A stretch of DNA of 64,000 bases from Cenococcum geophilum. Its lineage: Eukaryota. Positions within the stretch are counted from its first letter, which is position 1. Every line of letters begins with the position of its first letter. The notes under the pieces were generated by a model. It saw only the letters and a program-made list of their open reading frames with translations. It was not told the DNA's origin and made no database searches. The stretch lies in NCBI GenBank assembly GCA_050273025.1, contig CP158636.1, forward strand, positions 3,534,001-3,598,000, read 5' to 3'. Shown here piece after piece: positions 1 to 13,284 of the stretch. Both the position numbers and the translations under genes were made by a program.

Positions 1-3000
1 CGTCTTAAATTAGTATACGGCTTTAAAAGTCTATAATAAAAAGCAGAGCATTAATAAATAGTTAAATAACTAGCGGAATATCTACAAGCTTACGGAGTAA
101 TTAAAGCTACCAGATATATAAGAATTTAGGCCACACTATAACTTTGTTTAAGCTATTAAATCTATCTTTTCTAGCTTTATAGGAGCTCTAAAAGTAGACC
201 TTATTCGCAAGGAACGCAAGGACGAAGCTGCACTATCTATTATTAATCTCATTAAGGAATTTAAGGAGCACTACCGCATGCAGCAAGCAGCATCCTCAGC
301 TACCCCTACTAATAACTCTGCCTTTATAACCCTAGGCAATTCTAATTCCAATTTAGATTCTAATAGCAATTTTAATTCAGATTTAAAATGGAATAAAGAA
401 TGCATATATGGCTTTAAATATCGATTTAATAGCTGCTACTATATTGTTAAGCAGAAGCGCCCTTAAGGATAGAAACTAAACCTAGATATCTAAAAGAAAG
501 TAAAAAAAGTAATCTTATCTACGCCTTAGATTAAACGCATTATTAACCTTATCTTAAAAAGAGAAAAGGAAGTAAAGAAGAAAGAATCTATAATTAATTT
601 TAATTCCAAAACCCTACCTTCTAAAACCCTAATTAGTTATACTACCGTATTTAGTACTAGCCAAACTTAATTCGAACTCTAGAATACCTAAATACTTAAC
701 CCTAGTGCAGATACCCACGTCTATAATAACTAAGAAGACTTTACCTTCTCCTACCTAGCTGTAGAAGACAACTACCTAATTGCTAGTAGAAATTATAAAA
801 AGATATAGGCTTATAGAACAGTAACGATTACTATTAATACACCTACTAGGAGCTCAAAAATGAAGCTATTCTATGTAGTATTAGTACCTACTATATTTAC
901 AAATATTATAGTACTATTAAGGGCTATAGATAACAATATCCATTTTAACTTAGGATAAAACTTGCTATACCGTCTAGCTACTAGCGAAACAGTATACTAT
1001 ACGAAATAACTAGGGGGCTACTGGGTACTAATGCACCGAGAGCCTATAAATACCCTAGATTTAATAACTTAATCGACCTTCTTATTAAGAAGACATTAAC
1101 TAAGTAAAATGGCCCATAAACTAGTCGGAGCTACAGCTATAAAATGGCATAAAATACTTAGCTATACAGGACCTAACGCTATTAAGCAGCTTCCTAAGCA
1201 CGTTAATGGCGCAGAGCTTAAAGAGCTAATTAACGAATAAGCACCGCTTAAAATTAAATGCGAAGTCTGCTTATTAGCAAAGCATACGCAGCAGATCTCT
1301 TAAAGACAATAACACGAATTTCTAGCCACTCGACCATTTAAGCGGGTAGCATTTAATATTATTACCCTTAGAGAACCAGGGTATAATAGCAATAGATATA
1401 TAATGCACTTCTATTACATATATTCTAAATTTAATTTTATATTTACCGCTAAAAATAAGAATAAAGCTACCGTCCTACCTACCATCCGTAAGACCTACTA
1501 TTTAATTAAAATACGATTCCACTAAGACATAATCTTTTTCTAGAGCAACAATAAATAAGCTTTTAGATAAATAGGAGACACCTTAAATACATAGTACGCA
1601 GATAAAGGCATTACTTTTAAATGCCGAGCCCTGTATACAGAAGAATAAAATAGCGGAGCTAAACAATCTAGACGAACCCTTATGGATTAATTAAGGGCTA
1701 TACAGCTAGAAGTATTCTTACCCCTATCTCTAGGACCAGAGGCTTTCCTTACTACTAGCTACGCACTTAATCGAACCCTAAATAAGTAACTAGGATGGAA
1801 AACTCCGTACAAGATCGCCTACGGCAAGCCACCGTTACTTACCTATATACACGTATATAGCTGCAAAACCTATACACTAGATAAACGAATTAAAGGGGGA
1901 GATAAACTAGCTCCTTATACATTAATTAGATACCTAGTCGGCTACAATTCAACTAATATCTATCGAATTTGGATTCCAAGTCTCCGTAAGGTTATTCAAA
2001 CCAGAGACGTCATATTTAATAAGACCTCGTTCTATAACCCTAAGGGTTAAGACATTGACTACCTGCTAAGGGAAGCATTAGAAGACACCCTCTAGACAAT
2101 CAGTCTACTAAAACCTCTACACGAGGACGAATCTAAGGACGAATCAATCCTATACACAGTCAATCTAGACCCTTAAAGATCTACCTTAGGTGTAGATTAA
2201 ACAACTATATCTAAATCAAATGATTTAGTAAAGCTTCATACAAAGGATACTGAGCAGTTACCGACACCTAGCAGAACGGTATCTCTAGATTTACTAGAAT
2301 CAAACACCTCACCACAAGGACTTTAAGACGACATCCTAAATACAATTAAAACAATTCTAACCTAGCCAAGCTCTCCAGAACCATCTAATAGAGCAATTAA
2401 TACAGCTCTACGAGCTAACGAAGTCTCGGCCAAACCTTCTGCTAACCTTATCCTACTAAAAGGATTAAAACGAATTTAACATCAAGCGTATATAGCAGCA
2501 CTAACCAATCTATCTACCCTATTTAGTTACTACACTAGATTTGCTATAGGACTAGTAAAGGACATTAACCGAACTAGATCCTTATCTCTATATCGGGATA
2601 ACCTTCCTCCTAAACTAAAGAATTTTAAAGATCTAAGAAAGCACCCTTTAACTACTAGCTTTTAAAAGGCCATAGAAAAAGAATATAACGACCTAAAACG
2701 CTAAGGGATATTTAAGACTATACCAAAAGTAGAAGTAGGCAACAAGCAGATCCTTCTACTAAAATAGGTCTTTAAATATAAGCTTAACAGTAACGGTTAT
2801 CTTTAAAAGCTCAAAGCTTAACTGTATGTCTGCGGAGACCTACGGATTACAGAGGAAGAGACCTATACAGCAACCCTAGCTGCTCAAATATTCCGTGCTC
2901 TTATAGCTATAGCAGCCGCATTCGACCTAGAAATTCAACAGTATAACGCTGTAAACGCATTTACAAACGCTAAGCTTAGTAAACTAATCTACTACTACTA

Positions 3001-4202
3001 CCCAGAAGGATTTAATTAAAACGGACATGTCCTAAAGCTACTTATAGCGCTATATAGATTAAAAATCTCACTACTACTTTAGTATAAAGAGCTTACCAAT
3101 ACACTAGCTAAATTCGGATTAGAACTAGTACTAGGCACTAACTGCCTATTTACCGACGGATGACTTATTATCTTCTTCTATATAGATAATATTACTATCC
3201 TATTTGCCAAGAAGGACCTTTTAAGACTTAAAGAATTTAAAGCAAAATTGCTGCACCAATACAAGATCCGTGCACTAGGAGACCTACAGTAGTTCCTAGG
3301 AATTTAAATTAAACAAAATCGACCAAATCAAAAGCTCTAGCTCTGCCAAGATTCCTACATTAAAAGGATAGCCAATCGATTCAATATTCAACTAGGAAGA
3401 TTTTCTAAATCTCTACAACCTACTAAACTAATTCCATCTAACCAGTAGACGAACCCTTAAAGAACACTAGCCTATTAGCAACGGGTTAGTTCTCTTACAC
3501 ACCTAGCTATATTTAGAAGACCTAATATTACTAAGACGCATTCTAAGCTGGCCAAATTTCTTACTAATCCAAATTAAGAACACCTTAATGCAGCAAACTA
3601 AGCCATTTCCTACTACCTTGGAACAAAATCAACAGCTATCAAATACTCTGGCGAAGTATTTAGAGCACACATCTATTATAGAAACCTAGAAGGAAAAGAC
3701 GTTACCTTTTACGGAGTATCTAATACAGCATTTACGGACAATAAAGAGACTAGATAGAGCTCTTAGGGGTACCTATTTATGCTATTCAGAGGACTAATTA
3801 ATTGGAAAGCTACCTTATAACGATCGGTTACTCGTTTAACTACTAAAGCGGAGCTTCTCTCCCTATTTACTGCTGCCATTAAAATTATCTGGTGGCAACG
3901 ATTCTTTAAGGCAATAGGCTTTAATTTAGAACGCGATTTTACTATACTCTACAATAATATACAGACCGTATAACTCCTAAGACAGGATATACTAAAGCTT
4001 AATACCAAGCTTTAACATATTAACGTCCATTAGCACTAGCTAAAATAGGAAGTCCAAGATAAAAAGATTAACGTCTAATAGGTCCCTATAGACAAGATGC
4101 CTGCCAATGGCCTTACCAAGATCTTACCCCGTTAAAAGCACGAGGCATGGATAAAGTAACTAAATTTAGTGGATATTTAACATTAGATTAATTGACTCCA
4201 TT

Positions 4203-4247
4203 CGCAATATCCGCGATATCCGCAATATCCGCAATATTCGCAATATA
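4203..4247. repeat. Tandem repeat, 9-bp unit CGCAATATC x5, in the Copia 3' UTR
   Basis: cgcaatatc cgcgatatc cgcaatatc cgcaatatt cgcaatata read directly. Confidence 0.85.
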
Positions 4248-4367
4248 CCATTTTAATTACCCTACCCTTTACTACTCTTAAATTGTATCTAAATTTCCTA
4301 TTTTAGTATAGCTTCTGCCCTTATTTTATGTTCTATAGCTTTAACTACACCGTTAAATCTAGGGGGG

Positions 4368-4605
4368 TGTATAACCGACTACCGACACTGCGTTAAGACA
4401 CAAGATCACCGCTTGGAAGGCTCCGAGATGGCGTCAACGCCACCCAATATAGTGGTTGCAGATCAATATTGGTGGCAGATTACCGTTCCCATTTCAGCTA
4501 TCTATTACCCCATCACTTCTACCTTCTTCGTATATATATAGAGCCTCTAGAGCTACATTCACAATCAAGTCGCTCGTTCAATTCCCACACACTGTAAAGC
4601 TTACA
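4368..4605 (+). repeat. 3' LTR of the first Copia
   Basis: Starts TGT right after the PPT, has a TATATATA box at ~4531, ends ...TTACA. The sequence then switches to a different Copia reading frame. Confidence 0.75.
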
Positions 4606-7049
4606 ATAACGGACCTAATACAACCTTAGTATACAACCTCCCGCTTAACTCGGAAGTCCTTATATAGCGTAAAAGCGGTAGCTAGAATAGACCCTATTAT
4701 CTACTAGCCGTAGAAAACGAGACGTACTGCGTATAGCTTTCTAGCGGGCTAACTAGCTTTAAAAGCACGTCCGTAAAACCCTACCTTCGGCCTAAAAATA
4801 CCTATAATATTAAGCTAGATAAACTAGAAGCAACCACTAAACTAGATAAACTAGAAGCGACTGCCAAATTAGACGAACTAGAAGTACCCTTACCTACCCT
4901 AGAAGTCCCCTAAAAACCTACTAAACCTATTAAACCTACTATAAAGCGTGGTTAAGGACGCCCCTAAAAGCACCCTATAACTAAGAACCCTATAATAAAG
5001 AATTACCTAACCTCTATAGGAATATCCGTAAGGTAATCTCCGCTTACGGATATATTAGTTTTAGTATAAGAAACCCCATTTACGGACTTACGATATAAAG
5101 AGATTAACGGACTACTTAAGAAGGGTATCTTTGCGGTTATAACGGAGAGAGACGTTCCGCAAGGCGTCCGTATATTTAACTTATACTTTATTAACAAGAT
5201 TAAGCACCCTAATACTAACAAAGCCTTTAAGAAATTAAGGCTTATTATATAAGCTTATAATGACTAAGGAAAGGACCTAGTCCTTATGCAATTGCCTATA
5301 ATTTAACAAGTTAGTTAACGGATTATACTTACGCTTACGCCTAGACTATAGCAAACTAAGCCCGTAGCCCTATACTTACGGGATATCTCACAAGCCTATG
5401 TGCAGTCTAATACCTACCTAAGTAGGGATATATTTATACGACCACCCTATAAGCTTAACCTATAACCAGGAACAATTTTATAGATTATAAAACCTCTTTA
5501 CGGAGTACTAGAAGCCGGAAACCATTGGTTTAAAATATACTACTAGCATTACATTAATAAACTTAAAATAGAACAGTTAACCTACGACCTCTACCTCTTA
5601 TACACCCTATTAAACGGCCTCGGTATTATTAGACTCTAAACTAATAATACCCTCTTCCTAGTAGACCAAACCTTTACGGATACTAAAGAAACTAAATTAT
5701 AAAAGGTAAAGTTCTTAGCAAAGCCGTAAGAGTAGTTAACTAAGCAGACTCTAATTAAGTTTAATAAAGGCTTAATTATATAAAAAGGCAACTTAATTAA
5801 GCTAACTTAGAAATGCTAAGCTTAAAACCTAAAGCCCGTTACAGCAAAACCTATAAACCTTACTAGTTCCCGCGGAGAGACCCGTAAAACTATAAATATA
5901 AAGGACTAATACGCTGTATAGCGTATAAGAGGCGCCTATATTGCCATAGTCTGTCAACCTAAATCTACCTATAATTTATCCTTTGCGGCCCAGGCAGTAA
6001 ATCTATAAGAAGAAAATATTAAGCAGCTTAATAAGCGCATTTAATGGCAAATTAATAACGCGATAAGAGGACTTACTTTTATACCACTAGACCTAAATTC
6101 CCTTAGCGTAATAGTATTTACGGACGCCTCCTTTACTAATAACAGGGACCTATTATTATAAATCGGCTTTGTGATTATACTTACGGACTATAATTAAGAC
6201 GTAAATATACTATACTAGTCTTTAATTAAGTGTAAATAAGTAACCCGCAGTATACTAGCTTCTAAACTATATACACTAGCTTATAGATTTAATATAGCAG
6301 CCGCAATTAAATTAACGGTCCAGAAGATTCTATAACTAGAGCAGTTACCCCTAGTTTTATACACCGATTTAAAGTCCCTCTACGACTGCTTAGTCAAACT
6401 AGGTACAACATAAGAGAAGAGGATTATAGTCGACCTAATATGCTTACATTAGGCCTATAAACAACGTAAGATTACGGAGGTTAAATGGATCAGCAGCAAA
6501 GACAACCTAGTGGACGCTATAACTAAGGCAAAGCCATACTAAGCTCTTAAAACCCTAATTAATATAAATAAGCTTAACCTAAAGGTTATAAAATGGGTAG
6601 AGCGAGACTAACGGAGTATTTATAGTTTAGTTACGGCCCACCGGAAAGCTATATAGTTTACTTACGGCTCGTTAAAGGGCCGTACAGTTCATTTTACGGA
6701 CCATAAGCAGGACTTACGGCTAGCTTAGAGCACCATTTAGAAGGCAGCCCAGAAGGCACCTTGGGAGGGATTTCCTATGTATTTCCTTACGTATTTTATA
6801 GTTCTATTAAGGCAATTACGGAGGCTATATATAAGTGGTTTCATTTTCCAAGTACCGCTAGTGTATAATTACAGCACCTGGTATACAAACGCGTATTTAC
6901 ACGCTCGTGCACTAACCACTTACGTGCTGACTAATTAGGGGGGAGGCGCGTTAGTATATAGACCACGTAGTCTACCTTAATAGAATTAACAGTTACCACT
7001 ATCCTAAAGAGCATACGATACTATACGTATTTCGTGCCCCGGGATATAA
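4606..7049 (+). mobile_element. 3' half of a second Copia-family element (host of the first), RIP-inactivated; LTR ~6862-7049
   Basis: RT motifs RIFNLYFINKIKHP...KLRLII*AYND (~5170-5265) and LRDISQAYVQS (~5376); RNase H KWISSKDNLVDAITK (~6483). LTR-like segment begins TGTAT at 6862. A 27-bp tandem repeat lies at ~4815-4890. The right boundary is approximate. Confidence 0.85.
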
Positions 7050-9110
7050 CTCACTTATACCACTAAATTAGTACAAACAATATATTTTTACTATTAATTT
7101 ATTAATTACTTCTTAAAAATTGTTTAGCTATTAATAAACTTAATAAGGAAGAACGTAAGATTTAAATAGACTACTAAATATAAATAAGCTTTTAACGACC
7201 TAAAATATCGTTTTACAACTACTCTGATTCTTGCCTACTTTAACCCTAACCTTAAATATATTATTAAAATAGATTCGTCTAATTATATACTAGGAGGAGT
7301 GTTATTGCAATATAATAAGAATGGCGAGCTACGTCTAATAGCCTTTCTTTCTTAAAAACTTGCTCCTATTAAGTTAAACTATAAAATATACAATAAGGAA
7401 CTGCTTATAATTATTAAATACTTTAAATAATGGCGCCTAAAACTTAAAGGATTGTTATTCCTAATATAAGTATTAACGGACTATAAAAACCTATAGTACT
7501 TTATAACTATAAAAACAATTAATATAGCGCTAAATTCGTTAGGCCAAATATCTCTTATAATTTAACTTTAAGATTATATACTAACCTAGTAAACTTAATT
7601 AAAAGCCTAACTTATTAATATAATAATTATAGAACTTACCTATAAACGCCTCTAACAAACGGATTATAAATTAATTATAAATTCTACTGCCCCCTAAACG
7701 CTTTAAAAAAACTACGCCCTATATTCTTAGACTTAGAGCTTAATAAAAATAAATTAGAAGTTAATAAATAGGAAATAGAAATTAATAAGCTAATGGAATA
7801 CAAATATAAGAATAATATATAGATAATAGATGTAATAAAAGCAATTTAAATAGGAAAACGATAGTATAGGGATATTACACTCGCTAAATGCGAAATTAAA
7901 AATAACCAATTATACTATTAATAGAAGATAGTAGTTCCGAATTCCAACCCTTTATAATTTAAAATACTTAGATTTATATATAACTCCCTAGTAGTAGGAT
8001 ATCCTAGCCGTATAAAGACTTATAAGATTGTTTAATAAGTATACTACTAGCTTATATATATAACTATATATAAAAATACGTTTAAGTATATAAGATATGC
8101 GTGCGTGGAAAGACCTCTTATATAAAGAAGTAAGGAGTACTTTAACCGCTACTAATTCCAATATAAAGATAGCGCGATATCTTAATTAACTTTATAGTTA
8201 ACTTGCCTAGCAGTAATAGGTTTATAAATATTATAGTAGTCGTTAACCGTCTTATAAAAATGCGATATATAATCCCTATAGACTTAATTAATACAATATT
8301 AGTAGCCGAATGTTTTATTAAGTACGTCTTTAAGCTATGCAGACTTCCTAATTTAATAATATCTAACTATAGAAGATAGTTTATTTTAGACTTCTAGTAA
8401 GCTCTATATAAACAATTAAGTATTTAAATATAACTCTTAACTGTATTTTATTTAGAGATAAATAGTTAAACTAAAGTTGCAAACGCGATTATAGAATAAT
8501 ACCTATAAATATACTACTCCTACCTATAAGACGACTGGGAAAAATGGCTGCCTTTAGCTAAGTTTACTACAAATAATATAAACGTATTAATAGGCGTAAC
8601 GCCGTTTTATACAACCTATAGATAAAACCCTTAACTTGGGTTTAAACTATAACCTAAAATTAATATAATAGGACCTATAATTAAACGGATTTAGTTAATT
8701 AACGCGTATAACTTTACTAATTAAATAAAGTGATTAATGGAACTATTATAAAGTAAATTAACGTACGCTTAAATAGTATAGAAATAGTATATAAATAAAG
8801 GACGAGCTCCCTTATAGGACTTTAAGGAAGGTAATATAGTTTACCTAAATATATAAAACCTAAAGACTTAACGGCCCTTAAAGAAACTTAATTGGAAGTT
8901 TACGAGCCTATACTAAATTAAGAAGAAACTAAGCCTATACACTTATAAGTTTAAACTACTAACTAAGATATAAATATACTCGACGTTTTATATAAGCTTA
9001 CTATAACCTTTAAAAGGTAAACCTTTAACTTATAAAGTGCCGCTGCTACCTCCTATAATTATTAATAATAGTAACGGTTCTTACTTTATTAACTTAATTA
9101 ATAATATACA
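7050..9110 (+). mobile_element. Ty3/Gypsy pol fragment (RT end, RNase H, integrase, start of chromodomain), RIP-inactivated
   Basis: F.DLKYRFTTTLILAYFNP (~7190), NYKIYNKELL (~7378), GYPSRIKTY (GHPG-like, ~7997), RDILINFIVNLP (~8173), YSTFYISLL (~8977). Confidence 0.85.
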
Positions 9111-9112
9111 AT

Positions 9113-9482
9113 TATTGGTCTTATAAGGTAATATCACATAGCTACGGTTCGTAGATAGTATAATAATTGTTCTGTTCTTATATAAAAAATAAGGGAGGGC
9201 AAGGAGCTTAAGGCTCCTCACCACGCTAGTGCCGCGGCGACACGTAACGGCAACTTACCACACGTAACGGCAATATGCGTCAGATAGTAAGCGCTTGCCT
9301 TTATTCCCAATACTAGCAACTCTTCTTTTATGGTTGCCATCTATATATATATACCGCTTAACTAGCGGAACAAATATTAATCCTCCTTATTTACTATTGC
9401 CATTATAATATAAGTCTTGCTGTCCTAAAATTTGCCTCTTAGCACGTGGTGCTTTCTTGCTTATAAGTTGTGGGTAGGTATC
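9113..9482 (-). mobile_element. Truncated 3' end (LTR 9113-9312 plus 3' UTR) of the same Copia family as 47811-53933
   Basis: Colinear high similarity to 47811-48200, e.g. tagctacggttcgtagatagtataat and cctaaaatttgcctcttagcacgt. Confidence 0.9.
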
Positions 9483-10199
9483 TTATTAGTAGGGGGGAGT
9501 AGTCTTGGATAATATCACTTTTGGCCCGTTGACGCCGTGGGTGAGAGCGGAGCTTCAGAGGCATCGCAACAGCAAAAGGGAGCCCGAATTATTTTAAGAG
9601 GACCTGCTATCCTCTCATCTTAAGGCGACGAGATTCCATTTCCTGTTCTTCAGTCAAATCCAATCTTCTTCGGGAATACTAACAAATCCATTTCAAATTG
9701 CTATACTATTGTTCCAACTCACAGACAAAGCATGTAACATATGCCCATTTCCGGATAGCCTAGATATTGTTCCCGCGCCCACTAGAGCTTCACCCCCGAT
9801 AATTACCAGGTCGAGAATTGAGATTTAGTGGTCGGCATCTAGATCATCACCTTGTGCGGTCTTTAGGCTTGAAGAGCAAGGTATTGCTCTTAGAACGTCT
9901 CCAGTGCCGATAAACAGGTGTGACGAGGGGGGGCCTCGCCTATGCGGATTTGGACGTTCGATGAAGAAGTAGATTGTAGCTAACATTGGAGATTGCTTCA
10001 GTTTTGTGACTGTGCTGAGGCTTGTACGGTGGTCACGTGTATGCTAAGCCTTAATCTTGCACAAAAGCCTCATCTCGGTGACTTACCTTCGCCGGTTTCG
10101 CCAACGAAGGTGACTGCCTTAGCAAGAATCGCCTTGAAATTGACCCATTAGCCTCCTCCCCTTTCGCGAGTTGTATAAGAGAAATGCACGTCGTTGAGT

Positions 10200-10620
10200 T
10201 CGGCCTTGTCTGCTCCGTCCAAGCTCGCAGATATCGGGCCCATCTGATTCAGCATCAACTCAATTACTTCCGTGTTTTTCTCAAGGGGTAATCTGCGGCT
10301 GCGAGAAAAGGCGAGCTATGTTAAGCCGCGTAATTCAAAGATCGCCCGTTGCACCTCCCTTGCAAACGCAGAAGATCCCCTCGTTGCTTAGCCAAACCTC
10401 CCTCCAATCCTCTCTTCCTCTTCCGATTTGTCGGGACGACACCCAGGATAGTTCGTGGCTCAGCAACCCCAGCCCGCTCGAAATCAATCACCATGACCTG
10501 ACCAGTCTCCTCATTCCACAGTATGTTGCGAGGCATGAGGTCCTTGTGCAAGACCCTTAGGCCATGGATTGCTCGGACTGAGCGGTTGACCTATTGAGCG
10601 ACGCATGGCCTATTCTCGGT
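10200..10620 (-). pseudogene. Fragment of a fungal kinase-like protein (catalytic loop and DFE motif only)
   Basis: *VNRSVRAIHGLRVLHKDLMPRNILWNEETGQVMVIDFERA gives HxD..PxN and DFE motifs. An in-frame stop lies just upstream and no N-lobe is recognisable. Confidence 0.7.
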
Positions 10621-10830
10621 AGTAATGTGCTAAGAGATGATATCATCGAACGGATAACCCTTTTTTTCAGCCTTTCCCCATCTTAATTTTAGAGTCAGCG
10701 AATCATGTTGAAGTTCCCCGGGTACTGCAGCGGATGCAGGTAATATCCGCGAGCTCAATCTCACCAACGTAGCAAAGCCATCTGAAATCAAGTTAATATT
10801 TCCTATTTCGTAGAGCCTGAGAGTCCGGCA

Positions 10831-11292
10831 ATGAGAATAGAAAAGAAACCAGCTCAATTGATAATATTCATGTACATTGAATCGGGAAAGCAAATATAGG
10901 AATGGATCTCTGAGATATCTGAGGGCGAAGCCTCTGAAAAGTAGCCCAGAGCAGAATTGAAGGAATACGAAGAGAATTGATTCACCTATAGCATAACTCT
11001 GTATAATCCTAAGCCAGTACAGGAGCCTGAAGGGCTTCAAGAACCCGAAGAGCCCGTCGAGCCTGTCGCAGATGATCCCGCTCCTGAGCCCGAACATGGG
11101 CACGAACATGAGCAAGATGCTCCAGTTCAAGAGGAGCCACAACCTGAGCCGGAGCTTGCGAATGAAGAACCTGACCTGTCGTTGATACGGCCGAGACGGC
11201 TGAGACGATTGAGACGATTGAGGAGGTCAAAGCAAGACTCCCAGCCTTCCACATACCCATATCGTAGGACCTTGGAGAAAGGAAGTTTTTAG
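10831..11292 (+). pseudogene. Degraded ORF with Glu/Pro-rich tract and RRLRRLRRLRR basic tail
   Basis: The frame from ATG 10831 reads ...EPEGLQEPEEPVEPVADDPAPEPEHGHEHEQDAPVQEEPQPEPE...RPRRLRRLRRLRRSK, with three in-frame stops in its first half. Confidence 0.4.
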
Positions 11293-11318
11293 AAGAACGG
11301 GGTGTTGCGTCTTGGGTA

Positions 11319-12741
11319 TTATAACTTTTCTCTTGTCGTTTTAGGGAATGTGACAATGAATGCTTCGTATGAGATGCCTCGCAAAACCAGCTCTCCTGAG
11401 CTGCCATCGGTGGTATAAAGTTCTGGCTTAAAGCCTTGCACTTTTGCCCAACCGTCGAAAAGATGTCGCCAGTAGCATGTGACCTGGGTAAATTAGCTAT
11501 TTCTTCTATAGTGGTAAGCGAAGTGATTAAAACTAAAAGAGTTACGTACGGCAGCAGGAGTAAGATATCTTTGGTTAAAGAGGTTGTAGCTTCTTTTAGC
11601 AATTTCTTTTGTCTCGCCCAAGTTTCCAAGATGGTGGTCCATTTTAACTGAAAGATCTGACCAGTCGCGCTTAGTTTCAATAAAGTTCTGCGTTGGACCG
11701 GACGACTCCATTAGATGGGTGTGAAATTCTAGCCATTCTAGTTTATGCGCTACCGTGACACTATTACATAATAATAAATACTTTAAACGTCCAGAGTACG
11801 ACGTGCCTTCGGTTTGGACAACAAACATATAGCTGACCAAGAAGTTAGCAGAGTAGAGAAGGCCGAGCGTACGTTACATACTTGCATAGTTCTTCAACGG
11901 TAAGATAAGAATTATTACTGCGATCAGAATGATCAGCATGCCTGATATCGCTCCAGGGCTTATCCTTTGATACTTCGATCAACTTTTCGCGAATTTGAGG
12001 TGCGTTCTTTACATTTCCACGCCATACAGCTTGCTTTAGTTTCCTTTCCCATGTGCTTTTGCTGTTAACTGTATTGATTTTGCGCCGAATAATTGAGTAG
12101 CTTGGCAGTCCTACCGATTCCCAGCCCCAGTAGCCATAGTCGGGTATAAGCCAAATATTAGCCTCTTCTGTACGTCGCGCAATGCCCCATTCCACAGCAT
12201 TATTACTACGCGTCGGCATATCGTCATAGGAGACGGAGAACTCGATGTTGGGTACGTCCTCCGGTGCGGAGACGATGGCTTTGTGTATGGAAGCCAGGGT
12301 GCCAACGATTCGCTCCCTGTAGGTTGGGACATAACATGACTCTGGATCACCAGCGTCGATTACATATAGCTACATGACGCACATGTTAGTTCGCGGGTCC
12401 TCCCAGGCTCGATACGCAGGGCAGCCTACCTCCTTTTCGTAGATGAGCGCGCGGAACATGCACCGTCCCGCGGGGATATCGAGCTCTGGTAGCTGCACAT
12501 GGTGGTTGGCACGAGTTGCAACGGCTTCATCGATAGGCTGGTAGAGGCGTGGGAAGGCCGTGTCGCATTGTGCCCGGGTGAAGGTGCTCGTGGCCGCGTC
12601 GGACGTTGTAAACTGCCAAGACGCCAGGTGCTGGAATAAGTGCGACTGCGGAACTGTCCGAAAGGCAGGGAAAGCCAACAAGAGAACAAGCACCACGCCC
12701 AGCACGATGAAGATGAGCGTCGGTTTCCGTGACATCGACAT
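11319..12741 (-). CDS. Glycosyltransferase family 90 (CAP10/DUF821-like) type II membrane protein, 4 exons
   Basis: Exons 12741-12430, 12369-11882, 11832-11550 and 11483-11319 join in frame at GT-AG introns. N-terminal TM anchor; motifs C..AFP.L, PNIEF, WLIPDYGYW.W, AVWRG, EG.SYSGRLKYL, RYLTPAA.TCYWR. The start Met could be 12750, 12741 or 12735. Confidence 0.9.
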
Positions 12742-12954
12742 TAATCGCATCAATATTTCGAGAGACGGTTCGTGATGAACAGACGTTGAAACGGGAGGGA
12801 ACCAGCTCCCTAAAAGTACATGCAGCATGCGTCGGCAACCTGCACGGGCTTCCGCTTGGCCACTGCACAGACAACGGCTTGCAGAGGCGTGTAAGATAGA
12901 TATATCGCATAAGCGGAGGGTTATCTATAATTCTCTAGATCGATTTTTATAATA

Positions 12955-13034
12955 ACGTAGGTAATAGGGTTATAACGGTCGGCATACTAACACCGTTATA
13001 ACCATACCGACCGTCATAACCCTACCACCTACGT
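12955..13034. mobile_element. 80-bp Fot1/pogo-type MITE (almost entirely TIRs), TA TSD
   Basis: TA|ACGTAGGTAATAGGGTTATAACGGTCGGCAT...ATACCGACCGTCATAACCCTACCACCTACGT|TA. The arms differ only by transitions, and the same terminus recurs at ~60763-60793. Confidence 0.8.
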
Positions 13035-13284
13035 TACGTTAGGCTATATTTCAATTTTTATCCCTTCGTCTGGTAAAACGGACTTTTCGTATTGGGCGCT
13101 TTAGGCGCTCCTGCCTGGGTTAGCATGCTGCAGGCACCCTAGCTAGCGTGATTTTCTTAGCAAGCCTCACCAAAACGCGTCAATATTGCGATGCTGATGA
13201 AATACTGCAGAAGGCCACCACCAAAAACACCTCTATATATATTTTTTTAAGGAAGTTGGGCAAAAAGTCGCGATATATGACGTC

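Larger units (their letters stand above)
1..4605 (+). mobile_element. Ty1/Copia LTR retrotransposon (5' end outside window), RIP-inactivated
   Basis: Degenerate gag-pol in Copia order. Integrase zinc finger (WHK.L...C.VC, ~1143-1270) precedes RT (K*VFKYK...KLKA*LYVCGD ~2760-2840; FYIDNI, i.e. YVDD-like, ~3175) and RNase H (DKMPANGLTK ~4090). PPT AGGGGGG at 4361-4367 is followed by TG, the LTR start. Confidence 0.92.

Noticed and set aside
10630..11680. 170-aa and 223-aa minus-strand ORFs as genes
   Set aside because: They are off-frame overlaps of GT90 exons and antisense shadows of the plus-strand low-complexity relic
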